A stretch of 63,691 bases of DNA, counting the filler, from Octopus bimaculoides (taxonomy: Eukaryota): assembly GCF_001194135.2 (NCBI RefSeq). It is 5 parts of 5 records of this genome, joined end to end, with 100 filler letters (N's around TTAATTAATTAA, not from the genome) between each part and the next. Parts side by side here need not be neighbours in the genome. Positions count along the whole stretch, not along the records: positions 47,602 to 56,964 come from NC_068989.1; positions 57,065 to 63,691 come from NC_068997.1; 3 more parts are not named here. One strand, given 5' to 3'. This document shows positions 50,330-62,877 of this stretch, in pieces. The position numbers and the translations under genes were made by a program. The notes under the pieces were generated by a model, which did not search any database, had not been told where the DNA came from, and saw only the letters and a program-made list of their open reading frames with translations. Each line of letters opens with the position of its first letter. Positions within the stretch are counted from its first letter, which is position 1.

Positions 50330-52200
50330 TTTTAAATTTTAACAGTCTTATAGATGTTTCCACGTTGACTCGGTTTTCTCTTGGTTGACAAAAAACAAGC
50401 TGTGAATCTTACATGCGTAGCTATAAAATGTAAGTTAGTAGGTTTGTACACTCCAGTTACTCTCTGAAATATATATTTCTGACCCAAACTAGGAGTTAAA
50501 ACTAATTTAAGCACCGACAAAATTTTGGGGTATTACATAAGTCCTAAACTATTGGTAAACGCTATGGTTAATGAAACCAAAAGAATATTTGTAATGTATA
50601 AAATGGCATTCTAACCGTTCGCCTATAATCGTACGAATATCTATTGTTGTCGCCGTTGAGAAATATCTGATCACGCTTTATGTAATTATGAGTTGAGAAA
50701 AAGCAGACTTAAAGAGAAACCGAACAATATCCGCCTAAAAAATAACAGCAACGGGAAAAAAACATTTCGTAGAAGATAACCTTTACCGGAAATTTATCGA
50801 CCAGCATAGCCACAAATGTCCTAACGTGGATAACAATATTTTCCTTATCAACCTTAAATAACATTAACTGTCAAATACAACGACCGAAAATCTAAATTGG
50901 TATGGAAAACGTCGCGGTTTTTTCCAAATCGAAACAACTTTATTAACTACACGTCTAGAAACAAGTATAACCCGACACTGGAATGATAATACACAAATAC
51001 AATCCTTTATCCATTCAATAGATATGCGTCTCCGAGGAGCAAGTGCTGTCTGCCTAAAACTTAATTTGGAGGTTCTACCAAGTGAAATTATATCGGGCTA
51101 TCACAAAATACGTTTAATAATAGACACGCACAACAAATCAACTCTTTTTGTAATAGATAGAAATCAAAAATAACCCATCACTTTAACTATTAGCCCGACA
51201 GGATATTACACCTAATTTGTGACTCAATAGTAATCTCCCTGAAAAGAGAACAATGCTATAGAGAGATTATCATGATAACGGAATTGTTTTAACTTTTAAG
51301 GTTAGCATTGCCTTTTATGAGTTCATAAAATAAAGTATAGTCAAGTATACTGTCTATTGCATTGGCTAACCATCTTTCTTCAAAATTGCTAAATCAGAAC
51401 CCATTGTTATTATTATTGGAAAGTATGATAGTTCGCGTGAAGCATTGTGTATTGTTTGTAAAGTATAGAATGTTTTGAATGACACAACAATGCACTATGA
51501 GACACCTCGCAAAGAGACGAACAATGGACAATAATCAATGCACACTAACAAACTGCCCCATCCGTGACACAGATTTATGCCAACGGATAAATGTTGTCTA
51601 TAGATTACAATGTAACAAATGCAACAAGTTCTATGTGGGTAGCACAACAAGACCGTTACACGTCCGCATCAAAGAACATCTGAACACGAGAGCCTCTTCC
51701 TTTAGAAAACATCTATACAGATGCCGGAACACCGACAAAAGCATAACAGTCACAATTGAGGCCAATGAAAGAAATTTGGGTAATTTAAGAATTAAGGAAG
51801 CTATACTCATACGCAGACTAGGGCCCGAAATTAACAACACGCTGGAGGTTGGTAATGGATATATTATTTAGCTACATCTGGATGCGTGTAAGTCCATTTT
51901 TGATAACATGCTCATATATTGATTATAACAAATAAAAAAAAAAAGAGAAAGAAAAAGAAGGGGAAAAAATGAAGCTGCACGTATAATACATAACTTAGAA
52001 GCAGCGCTCCGGATGTTCCAGCACACACGAGATTGAGACATGGCTGAGCTCACGCATTTCTCATGAGGAATTCCGGAAGGAGCTTCGTGTGGTCACTGCT
52101 GAGACGTTTCCGAAAAAAGAACAGAAAAGCCGCTGGAAACCAATTACAGCAGCGACTCCATCAGTTCCTAGGGATATCTGAAGAAGGAATTTTTATTCCG
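50330..52200 (+). mobile_element. Penelope-like element: decayed upstream RT-like region plus open GIY-YIG domain
   Basis: The endonuclease ORF is unambiguous; the upstream 1.1 kb shows only weak, frameshifted RT-like traces, so the boundaries are approximate. Confidence 0.6.
51479..51871 (+). CDS. GIY-YIG endonuclease domain of a Penelope-like element
   Basis: C..TNCPI...LC...NVVYRLQCNKCNKFYVGSTTRPLHVRIKEHL...LRIKEAILIR...PEIN: the VY / YVG / R..EH / KEA..I / IN motifs plus the PLE cysteine linker. Confidence 0.88.
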   Translation: MTQQCTMRHLAKRRTMDNNQCTLTNCPIRDTDLCQRINVVYRLQCNKCNKFYVGSTTRPLHVRIKEHLNTRASSFRKHLYRCRNTDKSITVTIEANERNLGNLRIKEAILIRRLGPEINNTLEVGNGYII

Positions 52201-52238
52201 AAATATCATATCAGACTGCGGATGATTAAATTACAATA

Positions 52239-52249
<11 letters not shown>

Positions 52250-52289
<40 letters not shown>

Positions 52290-52735
52290 GAGTGAGAGAC
52301 ACGCGCATGCCATCAAAGTGACACTGGGGTAAAATATACGAAGCCCAGTATACCCATCATGACTACCCGCATGATAAGGCACATGCATCACAACCATGTG
52401 TGCGCCACATGATGATTTCATATCCAGATAAACAACGTATGACCTTGCAGGCGGAGCCCGGTAAGAATTTTCTTCAGGTCGAGTAGCCCATTCCGTTCAA
52501 AAGGTCCCTGAATAAGGGTTGTTTAAGGATGTTGAACGAAACACCGATGCTTTCAGAGGTGAATTATCCAAATCTTAAAGAAATCCTCTCAATACATGGC
52601 TATGATGTTCCCCCATTACTTCTGCTCGTGATCAGAGATGCACGTATCGTCAGCGACTAAAGGACATGCTCAACTGGTTACGGTCAAACAACTGAGAAGC
52701 AAATCTGTGATATTGAGCAGAATATTTCCTGAAAT
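52250..52735 (-). mobile_element. Interspersed repeat with (TAA)n tail, probably a non-LTR 3' end
   Basis: (TAT)n at 52240-52288 abuts a GC-richer block that I recall as a recurrent octopus repeat; single copy in this window. Confidence 0.4.
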
Positions 52736-52754
52736 CAGTATTTATCTAAAATAA

Positions 52755-52955
52755 GGCAGCGAGCTGGCAGAATCGCTAACACGCCAGGCAGAATGCTTAG
52801 TGGTATTTCGTCCTTCGTTACGTTTTGAGTTCAAATTCCACCGAGGTCGCCTTTGCCTTTCATCCTTCAAGTTTCAATAAGATAAGTAGCAGCACAGCAC
52901 TGGGAGCGATATAATCCCCTTTCCAAAACTGTGGGCCTTGTTCCTATAACTGAAA
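52755..52955 (+). mobile_element. SINE family A
   Basis: Colinear with 49855. Confidence 0.85.
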
Positions 52956-53304
52956 GGAATATCATGATCACTGTTATTGTTCTCTTTGTACTGTTGCTGT
53001 TACTAGCGCTGACAAACCGTCTGTTCGTTCGATCGCTCCAGCATTTGGATTTGGATCATGTGTAATTGAAATTTTTTCAGATTTTAGAGTATTTAAATCA
53101 AAGATATTACATCTCTCTGAAAGTCAACCATATTTTTGACATATTTATAGATTCGTGGTTGTATATAACTCTCAGCTGTCTTGGGTTTTTGTTAACTATT
53201 TAAATATAGCTGTTCCTAATTGACACCAGCCGGCTCCCAAGAAAACTAATAAACAAAACATCGTTTTTCAGCAACGAAAAGAAAAAGAAAAAGAAGCAGC
53301 TCTC

Positions 53305-53490
53305 CGTCGGTTACGACGACGAGTGTTCTAGTTTATTCGATTGACAATACAGCTTGCTCGAGAAATTAACGTGCAAATGACTCAGAACTTCACAGGCGAG
53401 AGTACCTTTAACGTAGTTCTTAGAGAGATTCAGTGAGACACAGAATTGTACAAAGCTGGCCTTTTGAATTGCAGGTATTACTCATGTTTT
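53305..53490 (-). mobile_element. SINE family D, 3' fragment
   Basis: CTCCGTCGGTTACGACGACGAG...AAATTAACGTGCAA...ACGTAGTTCT matches 33985-34150. Confidence 0.8.
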
Positions 53491-53648
53491 CTGAGTGGAC
53501 TGCAATAACCGGAAATGAATTGTCTTGCTCAAATACAAAACTCTCCACTTTGAATGAAACTCACGCCCTTACAGTCTAGAAAGGAAAAACTTAACGACTT
53601 AATGCCACCCTTCAGCAACAAGAAAAAGAAAGGGACTTGGAATATATA

Positions 53649-53917
53649 TGAGGGGAGTGCTGAAAATTTCCTGGCTTTGGGTAAAAGAAAATACAGGAGT
53701 ATTGTACAGAAGTACAAGTTCCTGGATTTGGGTAAAAGAAAATACAGGAGGATCAGTTAATTATAATTTTATTCAACATATTCCCCTCTCAGATTCACAC
53801 ATTTATTGCATCGGCCCTTCAGTTTTTCTAAGCCCTGTAAAAGAACTCAGAGTTTTGGGTCACCAAATATGCTTTTTGCAATACTCTTAAAGCCAGGAAC
53901 TTTTCATCCGCCTCTTG
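53649..53917. mobile_element. Mariner-derived MITE (~270 bp)
   Basis: TA-TGAGGGGAGTGCTGAAAATTTCCTGGCTTT ... AAAGCCAGGAACTTTTCATCCGCCTCTTG-TA; the minus strand retains the transposase end RCNKCVNLRGEYVE*. Confidence 0.85.
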
Positions 53918-54046
53918 TATGTATTGAGAAGGATCAAGCAAACACGGAGGCAAGAACGACTATTTAACTGTAGATGATAACACGATTCAGCAGGTTTTGG
54001 TAAACGACGCAAACAACAACAGCAACGTTAAAATAAACGATAATGA

Positions 54047-54084
<38 letters not shown>

Positions 54085-54690
54085 ACAACAACACTAAAGT
54101 TAGCAGCAATACAAAAATGAAGTTGTACTATGCGAAAGCATTCTAAAATATTAATAACATTTCACTGTAAAGCAGTAGCTTGATGTAGAACAAGTTTTAC
54201 AAAAAGGAAGGAAAATAATGCAAACAGACGCGCACATTATTCCATTTATGGAAATTCTTGCGAATCCAGGTCATTGTCTGTTTTTCTACAAAAGTACTTT
54301 TAACCAAATGGCGCTTATTGTGAAGCATGTATTTGTGAGGACGTGAACGTAACATTATGTCACGAGACTAGTGTTTCTCTGTACATATTTGAGATACAAA
54401 TATGGTCGAATTACCTGTGTCTTACCAAAGATATGGGTCCCTTCTTTGCGCCCTTCAAAGAACACTTGAAGGCTTTCCTTACCAGCACGCAGACGAAATC
54501 TCATAAATAGGGTGAAAGAAGGCATATGACACAATATATATTGTTCAGGAAAACTGAAGGGCTCAGTAGGTGATTGATGTATCTACCTGTAATCTAGTTC
54601 CATAGCATTTGGAATAGTGGAACACGTGGACATTTGTCAATGATATCAGTGACGATATCGGCTTCTGGTTCCTGGTAATATTTAGCGCAG

Positions 54691-54832
54691 TACGAGTTCA
54701 AATGTTGCCGGGGTCGACTTTGCCTTTCGTACTTTCAGGATGGATAAAATAAGTACCAGTCGAGCACTGGGGTCGTTGTAATCGATTTATCCCTTCCCCC
54801 GAAATTGCTGGCCTTGTGCCAAAATTTGAAAC
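54691..54832 (+). mobile_element. SINE family A, 5'-truncated
   Basis: GAGTTCAAAT...GTCGACTTTGCCTTTC...AAGTACCAGT...CTGGGGTCG...GCCTTGTGCCAAAATTTGAAAC. Confidence 0.8.
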
Positions 54833-55209
54833 GAACTTCTGACCCAGTAGTGATAAGTGACCAGCAATGATCTGGTTTCCGATGACGTTGTTTGGGTTCG
54901 CTTTGGACAAGCAACTGCTCATAGATCTACAAAATCATAAAGCAATGGTACTATCCCGGAAGAAAGACTCGAAGACCGATTATTCCAGACAGAAAATTTA
55001 GCTGTTGCGTATGCTGTTGACTATAATGGTAGAAATTTTTCAAATGCTGAACGAGGTGTAGCCAAATGATGTAGGATGTACTCGTCCGTCTTAATGGGAG
55101 AGCTTCTCGCATCTCTGTCTATGGTTGACTCGAAATCTTTATAAATTTACTCTTAAATATCTTTATTTATACAATGTGTTTCTTTATACCTATTCATCAC
55201 TACTATATT

Positions 55210-55540
55210 GTGAAGGCACATAGCTCAGTGGCTAGAGCATCAGGTTTATAACTGTGAGGTTGTCAGTTCGATTCCAGGACCGGCTTGTGTGTTGCTTTCT
55301 TGAGCAAGGCTCGTTATTTTCATGCTGCTCCAGTTCACACAGCTGTAGAAATGAATTGCGACGTCACTGGGGTCAGGGTGTATCAGCCTCTCCCTTAGAC
55401 AACATCGGTGGCGTGGAGATAGGTGACTGGTGTGCACGGGCGACTGCTGGTCTCCCACAAACAACATTGCCCGCTTGAGCCTCGGAAGGGAACTTTCTAG
55501 GTGCAACCCCATTTTCATTCGTGACTGAGGGTACCTTTAC
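55210..55540 (+). mobile_element. tRNA-head SINE family E, full length
   Basis: A-box TAGCTCAGTGG, B-box AGTTCGATTCC; colinear with 7170-7468. Confidence 0.88.
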
Positions 55541-55783
55541 TGTCATCCGGGAATGGTAGTATTACTGAGAAAGGACTCAGACCAGTGATACGTAAGAGAC
55601 ACCATTTGATCTAAAACCCTGATAAACGTATAGTTTTAGACTTTGGTCAAAATGTTAACGATGAGGTTGGCATTTTTCTTCAATGATCTGGTCGAGAAAG
55701 TTCAAAAGTGCGATATCCCGTACAGGTTCTGCTAGACGACAAGCTCCAGGCACCATAGAGGCCAATATTTAACACGTTTAAAA

Positions 55784-56025
55784 CGGCGAGCTGGCAGAAT
55801 CATTAGCACGTCAGGCAAAATGCTTAGCTGTATCTCGTCCACCTTTACATTTGGAGTTCAAATTCCAGCGACGTCGACTTTGCCTTTTATTCTTTTGGTA
55901 CCGATGTAATCGAAATTGAGGCAGATGTAATCGAAATTGAGGCAGATGTAATCGAAATTGAGGCAGATGTAATCGAATGGGGCCCCTTCCTAGAAATTAC
56001 TGACATTGTGCCAAAATTTGAAAAC
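55784..56025 (+). mobile_element. SINE family A with an internal 21-bp minisatellite
   Basis: Family head and tail flank (GATGTAATCGAAATTGAGGCA) x3.6 at 55903-55977. Confidence 0.85.
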
Positions 56026-56435
56026 AATATTTACCACATTTACATCCAATATGAAAAGTTACATTTAGAATACGTCCACGATAAGATTTGGAATATTGCT
56101 GTATCCACCCCGTATACATTTGGCAGGGAAAATACGGTTTGTGTTTGAAGACTTTTTACATTTTGATATTATCTACACAATGTTAACTAAGANNNNNNNN
56201 NNNNNNNNNNNNNNNNNNNNNNNNNNNNNNNNNNNNNNNNNNNNNNNNNNNNNNNNNNNNNNNNNNNNNNNNNNNNNNNNNNNNNNNNNNNNNNNNNNNN
56301 NNNNNNNNNNNNNNNNNNNNNNNNNNNNNNNNNNNNNNNNNNNNNNNNNNNNNNNNNNNNNNNNNNNNNNNNNNNNNNNNNNNNNNNNNTATATATATAC
56401 ATATACAAAACAGGAAGTATGATGAACTTGTGAAT

Positions 56436-56436
<1 letters not shown>

Positions 56437-56506
<70 letters not shown>

Positions 56507-56865
56507 TGAAGCAATTCACAAGCACAAGACACTCTATTCAGTAAATATCCAATAAATTAAGCAAACCTCTTCCCCACATGTACTATACAGGTCGGATACC
56601 CAACGGAAGAAAACCAACTCGCATTACATGCACAAAACTCAGTACAAGCAACAATACATGCGAAGACTGTAACCAAATTCCATAGCAAAGAAAAGAAAAA
56701 AAAAGAAAAAGAAAACGGATGCAATACAATACCAGGAAGAGTTTGTATTCTCCCAACAACAAAGTAGAAAACACAATGCTTTCACACACACCTCGGCAAC
56801 GAGGACGGAGGTGTAGCAGGTGATGCAGTAGGAAATCTACGTGAAACTATCAAATGCCGAACATA

Positions 56866-56964
<99 letters not shown>
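56437..56964. repeat. (AAT)n and (GAT)n(AAT)n arrays (56437-56505; 56866-56964)
   Basis: Direct reading. Confidence 0.9.
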
Positions 56965-57064
56965 NNNNNNNNNNNNNNNNNNNNNNNNNNNNNNNNNNNN
57001 NNNNNNNNTTAATTAATTAANNNNNNNNNNNNNNNNNNNNNNNNNNNNNNNNNNNNNNNNNNNN
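56965..57064. other. Artificial scaffold linker N44-TTAATTAATTAA-N44
   Basis: Same 100-bp structure; 12-mer at 57009-57020. Confidence 0.95.
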
Positions 57065-57240
57065 CAAATATCACTCCGGTGACCGATGTGGAGCAGCTCA
57101 TCAAAAAAAATAAATAAATAAATAAATAAATAATAAAAAATATATATATATAAATAAAATATAAAAGATAAAAAATAGTATATATATAAAATTAAAATTT
57201 ATATATATATATATACATATATACATATATACATATATAC

Positions 57241-57313
<73 letters not shown>

Positions 57314-57533
57314 TATATATATATATAAATGTAGTGAAGTTGATAAACACAGGCTGGAGATATATAATTATACGGACCACATAATACAGATTCTAAAATA
57401 AGAAAAAAAATATGTAAAGGCATTTGCCACTCTTCTCTTGAAAAGGAATACTTGACTTACTCCACCAATTACATCCGGACTCGCTGGTCACGCACGTATT
57501 ACTTATAAATATGACCAATAGGTAAGTTATAGC

Positions 57534-57625
57534 TATCTTGAAACAGCTGTCGAATTGCGACTTTGTTTGTTCACTTTATTATCTTGAAACAGCTGTCGAA
57601 TTGAGACTTTGTTTGTTCATTTTAT
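57534..57625 (+). repeat. 46-bp tandem duplication
   Basis: TATCTTGAAACAGCTGTCGAATTG(C/A)GACTTTGTTTGTTCA x2. Confidence 0.9.
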
Positions 57626-57719
57626 AACCTGTATTTTGCGTTCCGTGTAAATATGTGTCTGAAGCCTAATTGTGTTTAAATATCTAATTATCTCCATAAC
57701 ACCGATGCTATGGCGTTTG

Positions 57720-58330
57720 CTCTGAATGAAGAAGTTGGAGCTTGAGTTCATATCTATTGGAGCACTCCTATATGGTATCCATACTGAGCTTATTTTCTTT
57801 TCACCCATTCACGCCTTTTGCCTCTATATCTTTCATTATTCGAAGACTACACTGAATTTTTAATTTCATAGATTTATATCTCATACTTTGGTTGTGATTA
57901 TTTGACGTGCTTAAAATTTGTTTGCTTAACTGTTGCTTTTCATAAAGATTAGAAATTTCCAATTCATTGTCAATAAACCTTTCGGCTTCTTTCTTAAATC
58001 GGAAGCCCATAGTGGAAAATGTTCCATTTATAGAGTTGTAATTAGAAACTTTCCCATGGATGTTCGCGTTTGAGTGAAACATATTGAATCACAAAAACTT
58101 TGCAGTAAAACGAGGTAATCAAGCTTTTCTATGTGAATTCTAGAACTGTCTTTTTCTAATTTTGGGCTGGAATGAAAAACAAAAGTTCCCTCTTCCGAAC
58201 CTACGGCCAGCGAAGGATTCTGCTCATCTCATAGCTGGAACACTGCGGATATCTTTCAAAACGGATTTGCGTACCAAGGCATTGTCAATAAAGTGCTAAT
58301 TTTTAGAACTTGGATGCATCCAGGTTGCTT
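57720..58330 (-). mobile_element. Possible very old Tc1-like transposase relic
   Basis: Only a loose order of motifs (LDYL.LLQ, PLWASDL, SM...IEAKG); could be chance. Confidence 0.22.
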
Positions 58331-58400
58331 TTATATTTAATTTTTGCTGGCAGAAAATGCTTGCTAACACAAGCAGTACAAAAAGTAAGGAGTGAGATAC

Positions 58401-58411
58401 AAACCATATGT

Positions 58412-58505
<94 letters not shown>

Positions 58506-58545
58506 GCGTGTGTGTGTGTGTGTGCGTGTGTGCGTGTGTGCTTGC
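58401..58545. repeat. (TG)n microsatellite
   Basis: Direct reading. Confidence 0.95.
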
Positions 58546-59516
58546 TTGTGGGTGTATATATATATAGTTTACGAATGCCTAGTCCACTCAAACCTTTGAT
58601 GACACATGCCCAAGATGCGATGTTGGTGGACTGAATCCTGAACAATGTAGCCGGGGAGAAAATCTCTTAACACACACGCAGCCTTACAAGTAGGATAAGA
58701 TGTGACTTCAGATAACCGTGTGATTGTCATAGAAAGCTTCTCTTATCAACTCGCTTAACAGTTCACATAATAATCCAATACAGAGGAGTATAACGGAGAG
58801 TAGTGTCTATGCAACTGCAATCCAGAAGATCCAATTGTTCAAATTATTTCATACGGGTATATAAACCATATAAGTCAGAAGGTATGAAAGGTGAATATAT
58901 ATTCATTTAACCAAGTGACATCCTTAAGGTTACCGCCGTTTCATAAACTTCTTCATGTAGCATTAATTTCAGGTTGGAAGAAATTATACTTACCTGATTA
59001 CATTAACATTCATGTCAGACATGTTCCCATACAATTCTATTATTCATAAATCATTGTAATTACAGAAAGCCAGCTCATCAGATCACCACAGTATCATGGT
59101 TACACCAATGATTTAACTCTGTGACCATAATCCAAGGGGTGTCACATGGTTAAACGAATACATACTCACTTCTCATATCTCCTGCTTTTTATGGTTTATA
59201 TACATATACAACACATATATATATGTGTGTGCATATGTAAGTATACGTTCATACACACACATTTGTGTGTATGAATGTCTGTGAGTGTATATGTGTGTGT
59301 ATGTATGTGTGTGTGTGAATGTTGAATTTTCTGAACTTCGGTATATGGTGAAGCAAATATTTTGCTGATCCTTTAATTATATTTATAAATATATGAACTT
59401 TTGAATAAGTTCTCCACCAATAATGGTGCTTTCATACCGATGGGCCTGGTAAAAATTATTAATTATTAATTGATTTATTAATTAATAAATTGACAATCCT
59501 TTACCCTTTTAATTTG

Positions 59517-59555
<39 letters not shown>

Positions 59556-59742
59556 NNNNNNNNNNGTGCATATGTAAGTATACGTTCATACACACACATT
59601 TGTGTGTATGAATGTCTGTGAGTGTATATGTGTGTGTATGTATGTGTGTGTGTGAATGTTGAATTTTCTGAACTTCGGTATATGGTGAAGCAAATATTTT
59701 GCTGATCCTTTAATTATATTTATAAATATATGAACTTTTGAA

Positions 59743-60846
59743 ACGTTTGGAAAAGGCAAAGAACAATACAAGTCCAGGTTCGGATGGCTTCACCTATGAT
59801 TTTTATAAATTCTTTTGGAAAGATTTATCTCCGTTTTTGTTGAGGTCATTCCATGTTGAGCGGGACTCTAGACAGGGCGATCCTCTATCTCCATATATTT
59901 TTATCTTCTGTGTCGAGGTCCTGGCTGGTCTTATAAAGAAAAATACGAGATATTAAAGGAATTACAGTTGATGATGGGGAGTATCTATTGACACGATATA
60001 CAGACGACACAGAGTTCATTTTAGACGGTTCACAAGAGTCTTTTGAAGCTACAGCAGACACCATGAATCTTTACGCTGATATATCCGGACTTAAAATTAA
60101 CTAAGTCTCAAGTGATATGGATAGGTTCAAGAAAGAGTAGTCCAGTCAGATACTTACCTAATTTACATATGAAATTGAAACCAGATCACTTCAGGCTTCT
60201 GGTGTAATATTCTCAATAGATTTAAAGGATATGGGTAAAAATAATTTTGAAAGTAAATTATTTGAAATTTAAGTAATAATGAATAGATGGATGAAAAGAA
60301 AAATTACAGCACTGGGTAGAATAGCAGTTATAAAATCATTATTCATTTCAGAATTGAACTATTTCTTCCTTACTCTCCCAAATCCACCGGGCAAATTTCT
60401 CCAGGAACTAAACGAAATATTATTTGAATTTCTCTGGAGTGGAAAACCGGAAAAAATTAAGAGAGTTGTTGCTTGTAAGCCTCTTAAAGAAGGTGGACTT
60501 GGTATGGTCAAAGCTTTTGCATAAGTCAGCTCTTTAAAGCTATCCTGGATGAGAAAGTTGCTGGACATTCACTATGAATCCAAATGGAAACACTTATGCC
60601 ATGCCGCCTCCACAAAACTTAGCTGTATTTGGTAACGTGTTCACGAGCAAACTAGCTAACACTATCAGGAATGATTTTGGCATGATTGTATTTCTGCCTT
60701 TGACAAGTTTAAGAATAAGATAGAGCCTAATTCATTTGATGAATTCATAACAGGACCAATTTACTTTAATAAACACTTAAGTGTCGGTAAAGAGGCAATC
60801 TTTTTGCCTGCGTGGTTTGAGAGAGGTGTTCGTCAGATTCGTGACT
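59743..60846 (+). mobile_element. L1-clade (Tx1-like) reverse transcriptase fragment, decayed and internally deleted
   Basis: NNTSPGSDGFTYDFYKFFWKDL, RQGDPLSPYIF, RYTDDT, SGLKIN, GRIAVIKSL, FLWSGK, LKEGGLG in the correct order; RT domains 1-3 are absent between LRSF and VERDSRQG; stops present. Confidence 0.92.
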
Positions 60847-61979
60847 TTATCAATTTAGACAGAGAACGAATCGAGACTTATACAGCGGTCATTTTCTAAT
60901 TAGGTTTTTAATAGGGCTTTCATTAAATATATTAATATCAAATCACCAGTTGTTATATTGGTTTCAAATTTTGGTACAAGGCCAGCAATTTTGGGGGATG
61001 GTTATGTCCATTACATCACCCCACTGCTCAAGTGGTACTTATTTTATAGACACCGAAAGGATGAAAAGCAACATTGACCTTGGCTGAATTCGAACTCAGA
61101 ACGTCANNNNNNNNNNNNNNNNNNNNNNNNNNNNNNNNNNNNNNNNNNNNNNNNNNNNNNNNNNNNNNNNNNNNNNNNNNNNNNNNNNNNNNNNNNNNNN
61201 NNNNNNNNNNNNNNNNNNNNNNNNNNNNNNNNNNNNNNNNNNNNNNNNNNNNNNNNNNNNNNNNNNNNNNNNNNNNNNNNNNNNNNNNNNNNNNNNNNNN
61301 NNNNNNNNNNNNNNNNNNNNNNNNNNNNNNNNNNNNNNNNNNNNNNNNNNNNNNNNNNNNNNNNNNNNNNNNNNNNNNNNNNNNNNNNNNNNNNNNNNNN
61401 NNNNNNNNNNNNNNNNNNNNNNNNNNNNNNNNNNNNNNNNNNNNNNNNNNNNNNNNNNNNNNNNNNNNNNNNNNNNNNNNNNNNNNNNNNNNNNNNNNNN
61501 NNNNNNNNNNNNNNNNNNNNNNNNNNNNNNNNNNNNNNNNNNNNNNNNNNNNNNNNNNNNNNNNNNNNNNNNNNNNNNNNNNNNNNNNNNNNNNNNNNNN
61601 NNNNNNNNNNNNNNNNNNNNNNNNNNNNNNNNNNNNNNNNNNNNNNNNNNNNNNNNNNNNNNNNNNNNNNNNNNNNNNNNNNNNNNNNNNNNNNNNNNNN
61701 NNNNNNNNNNNNNNNNNNNNNNNNNNNNNNNNNNNNNNNNNNNNNNNNNNNNNNNNNNNNNNNNNNNNNNNNNNNNNNNNNNNNNNNNNNNNNNNNNNNN
61801 NNNNNNNNNNNNNNNNNNNNNNNNNNNNNNNNNNNNNNNNNNNNNNNNNNNNNNNNNNNNNNNNNNNNNNNNNNNNNNNNNNNNNNNNNNNNNNNNNNNN
61901 NNNNNNNNNNNNNNNNNNNNNNNNNNNNNNNNNNNNNNNNNNNNNNNNNNNNNNNNNNNNNNNNNNNNNNNNNNNNNNN

Positions 61980-62011
<32 letters not shown>

Positions 62012-62180
62012 AATCATCTTGCGTACTTTGTTTTTGCAATAATTAACTCACTTGCCTCTATTAAGTTATCAATTTAGACAGAGAACGAATCGAGACTTAT
62101 ACAGCGGTCATTTTCTAATTAGGTTTTTAATAGGGCTTTCATTAAATATATTAATATCAAATCACCAGTTGTTATATTGG

Positions 62181-62619
62181 TTTCAAATTTTGGTACAAGG
62201 CCAGCAATTTTGGGGGATGGTTATGTCCATTACATCACCCCACTGCTCAAGTGGTACTTATTTTATAGACACCGAAAGGATGAAAAGCAACATTGACCTT
62301 GGCTGAATTCGAACTCAGAACGTCAAAACGAACGAAATACCGTTAAGTATTTTCTCCCACACGCTAACGGTTCTGCCAGATCACCGCCTGTCACCAGAGA
62401 CGATATTGTCTTCAAATTTTGGCACGAGACCAGCAACATCGAGTAAGGAGGAAAGTCAATTACATTGACCCCAGTACTCAAGTGGTGCTTACTTTATCGA
62501 TCCCGAAGGGATGAAAGGCAAAGTCAACCTTGGTACCATTTGAACTCAGAACGTAGGAACAGACGAAATGCCGCTAAGCATTTTGCTCAGCGTACTAACG
62601 ATTCTGCCAGCTCACCACC
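62181..62619 (-). mobile_element. Two tandem SINE family A copies (62181-62388, 62410-62619)
   Basis: Both are reverse complements of family A; the first is partly duplicated at 60962-61106. Confidence 0.85.
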
Positions 62620-62877
62620 TTACCACCTCTTGTTATATTGACGTCTGCACGGACATATTGTCGTAAGGATATCACTAGCCCCTGCTGGAATGGCGGGGGG
62701 AAACATTTTCATCAAATTTAAGTTCAAATTTTTACAACTAGTCTTTCAGTGTGACTTTCTTTCCTTCTCTGAATTAAATTTTTTTGTAATTCTTTCGTAC
62801 AATCGTCCTACTATCGATTTCTTTTAATTATTAATATTTTTTCCCTCGATTTTGCCACGTATGCGACACTTGTTACT

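Noticed and set aside
54426-54553. 128-nt AG/GT-bounded open block (FPEQYILCHMPSFTLFMRFRLRAGKESLQVFFEGRKEGTHIF)
   Set aside because: No recognisable family and no partner exon; within chance expectation.
55210-55285. tRNA gene (also about 34290-34360, 7170-7240, 43201-43256)
   Set aside because: A/B boxes continue into SINE bodies present in multiple copies; no complete cloverleaf.
55903-55977. CRISPR-like short repeats
   Set aside because: Contiguous units with no spacers, no cas genes, and a eukaryotic context.
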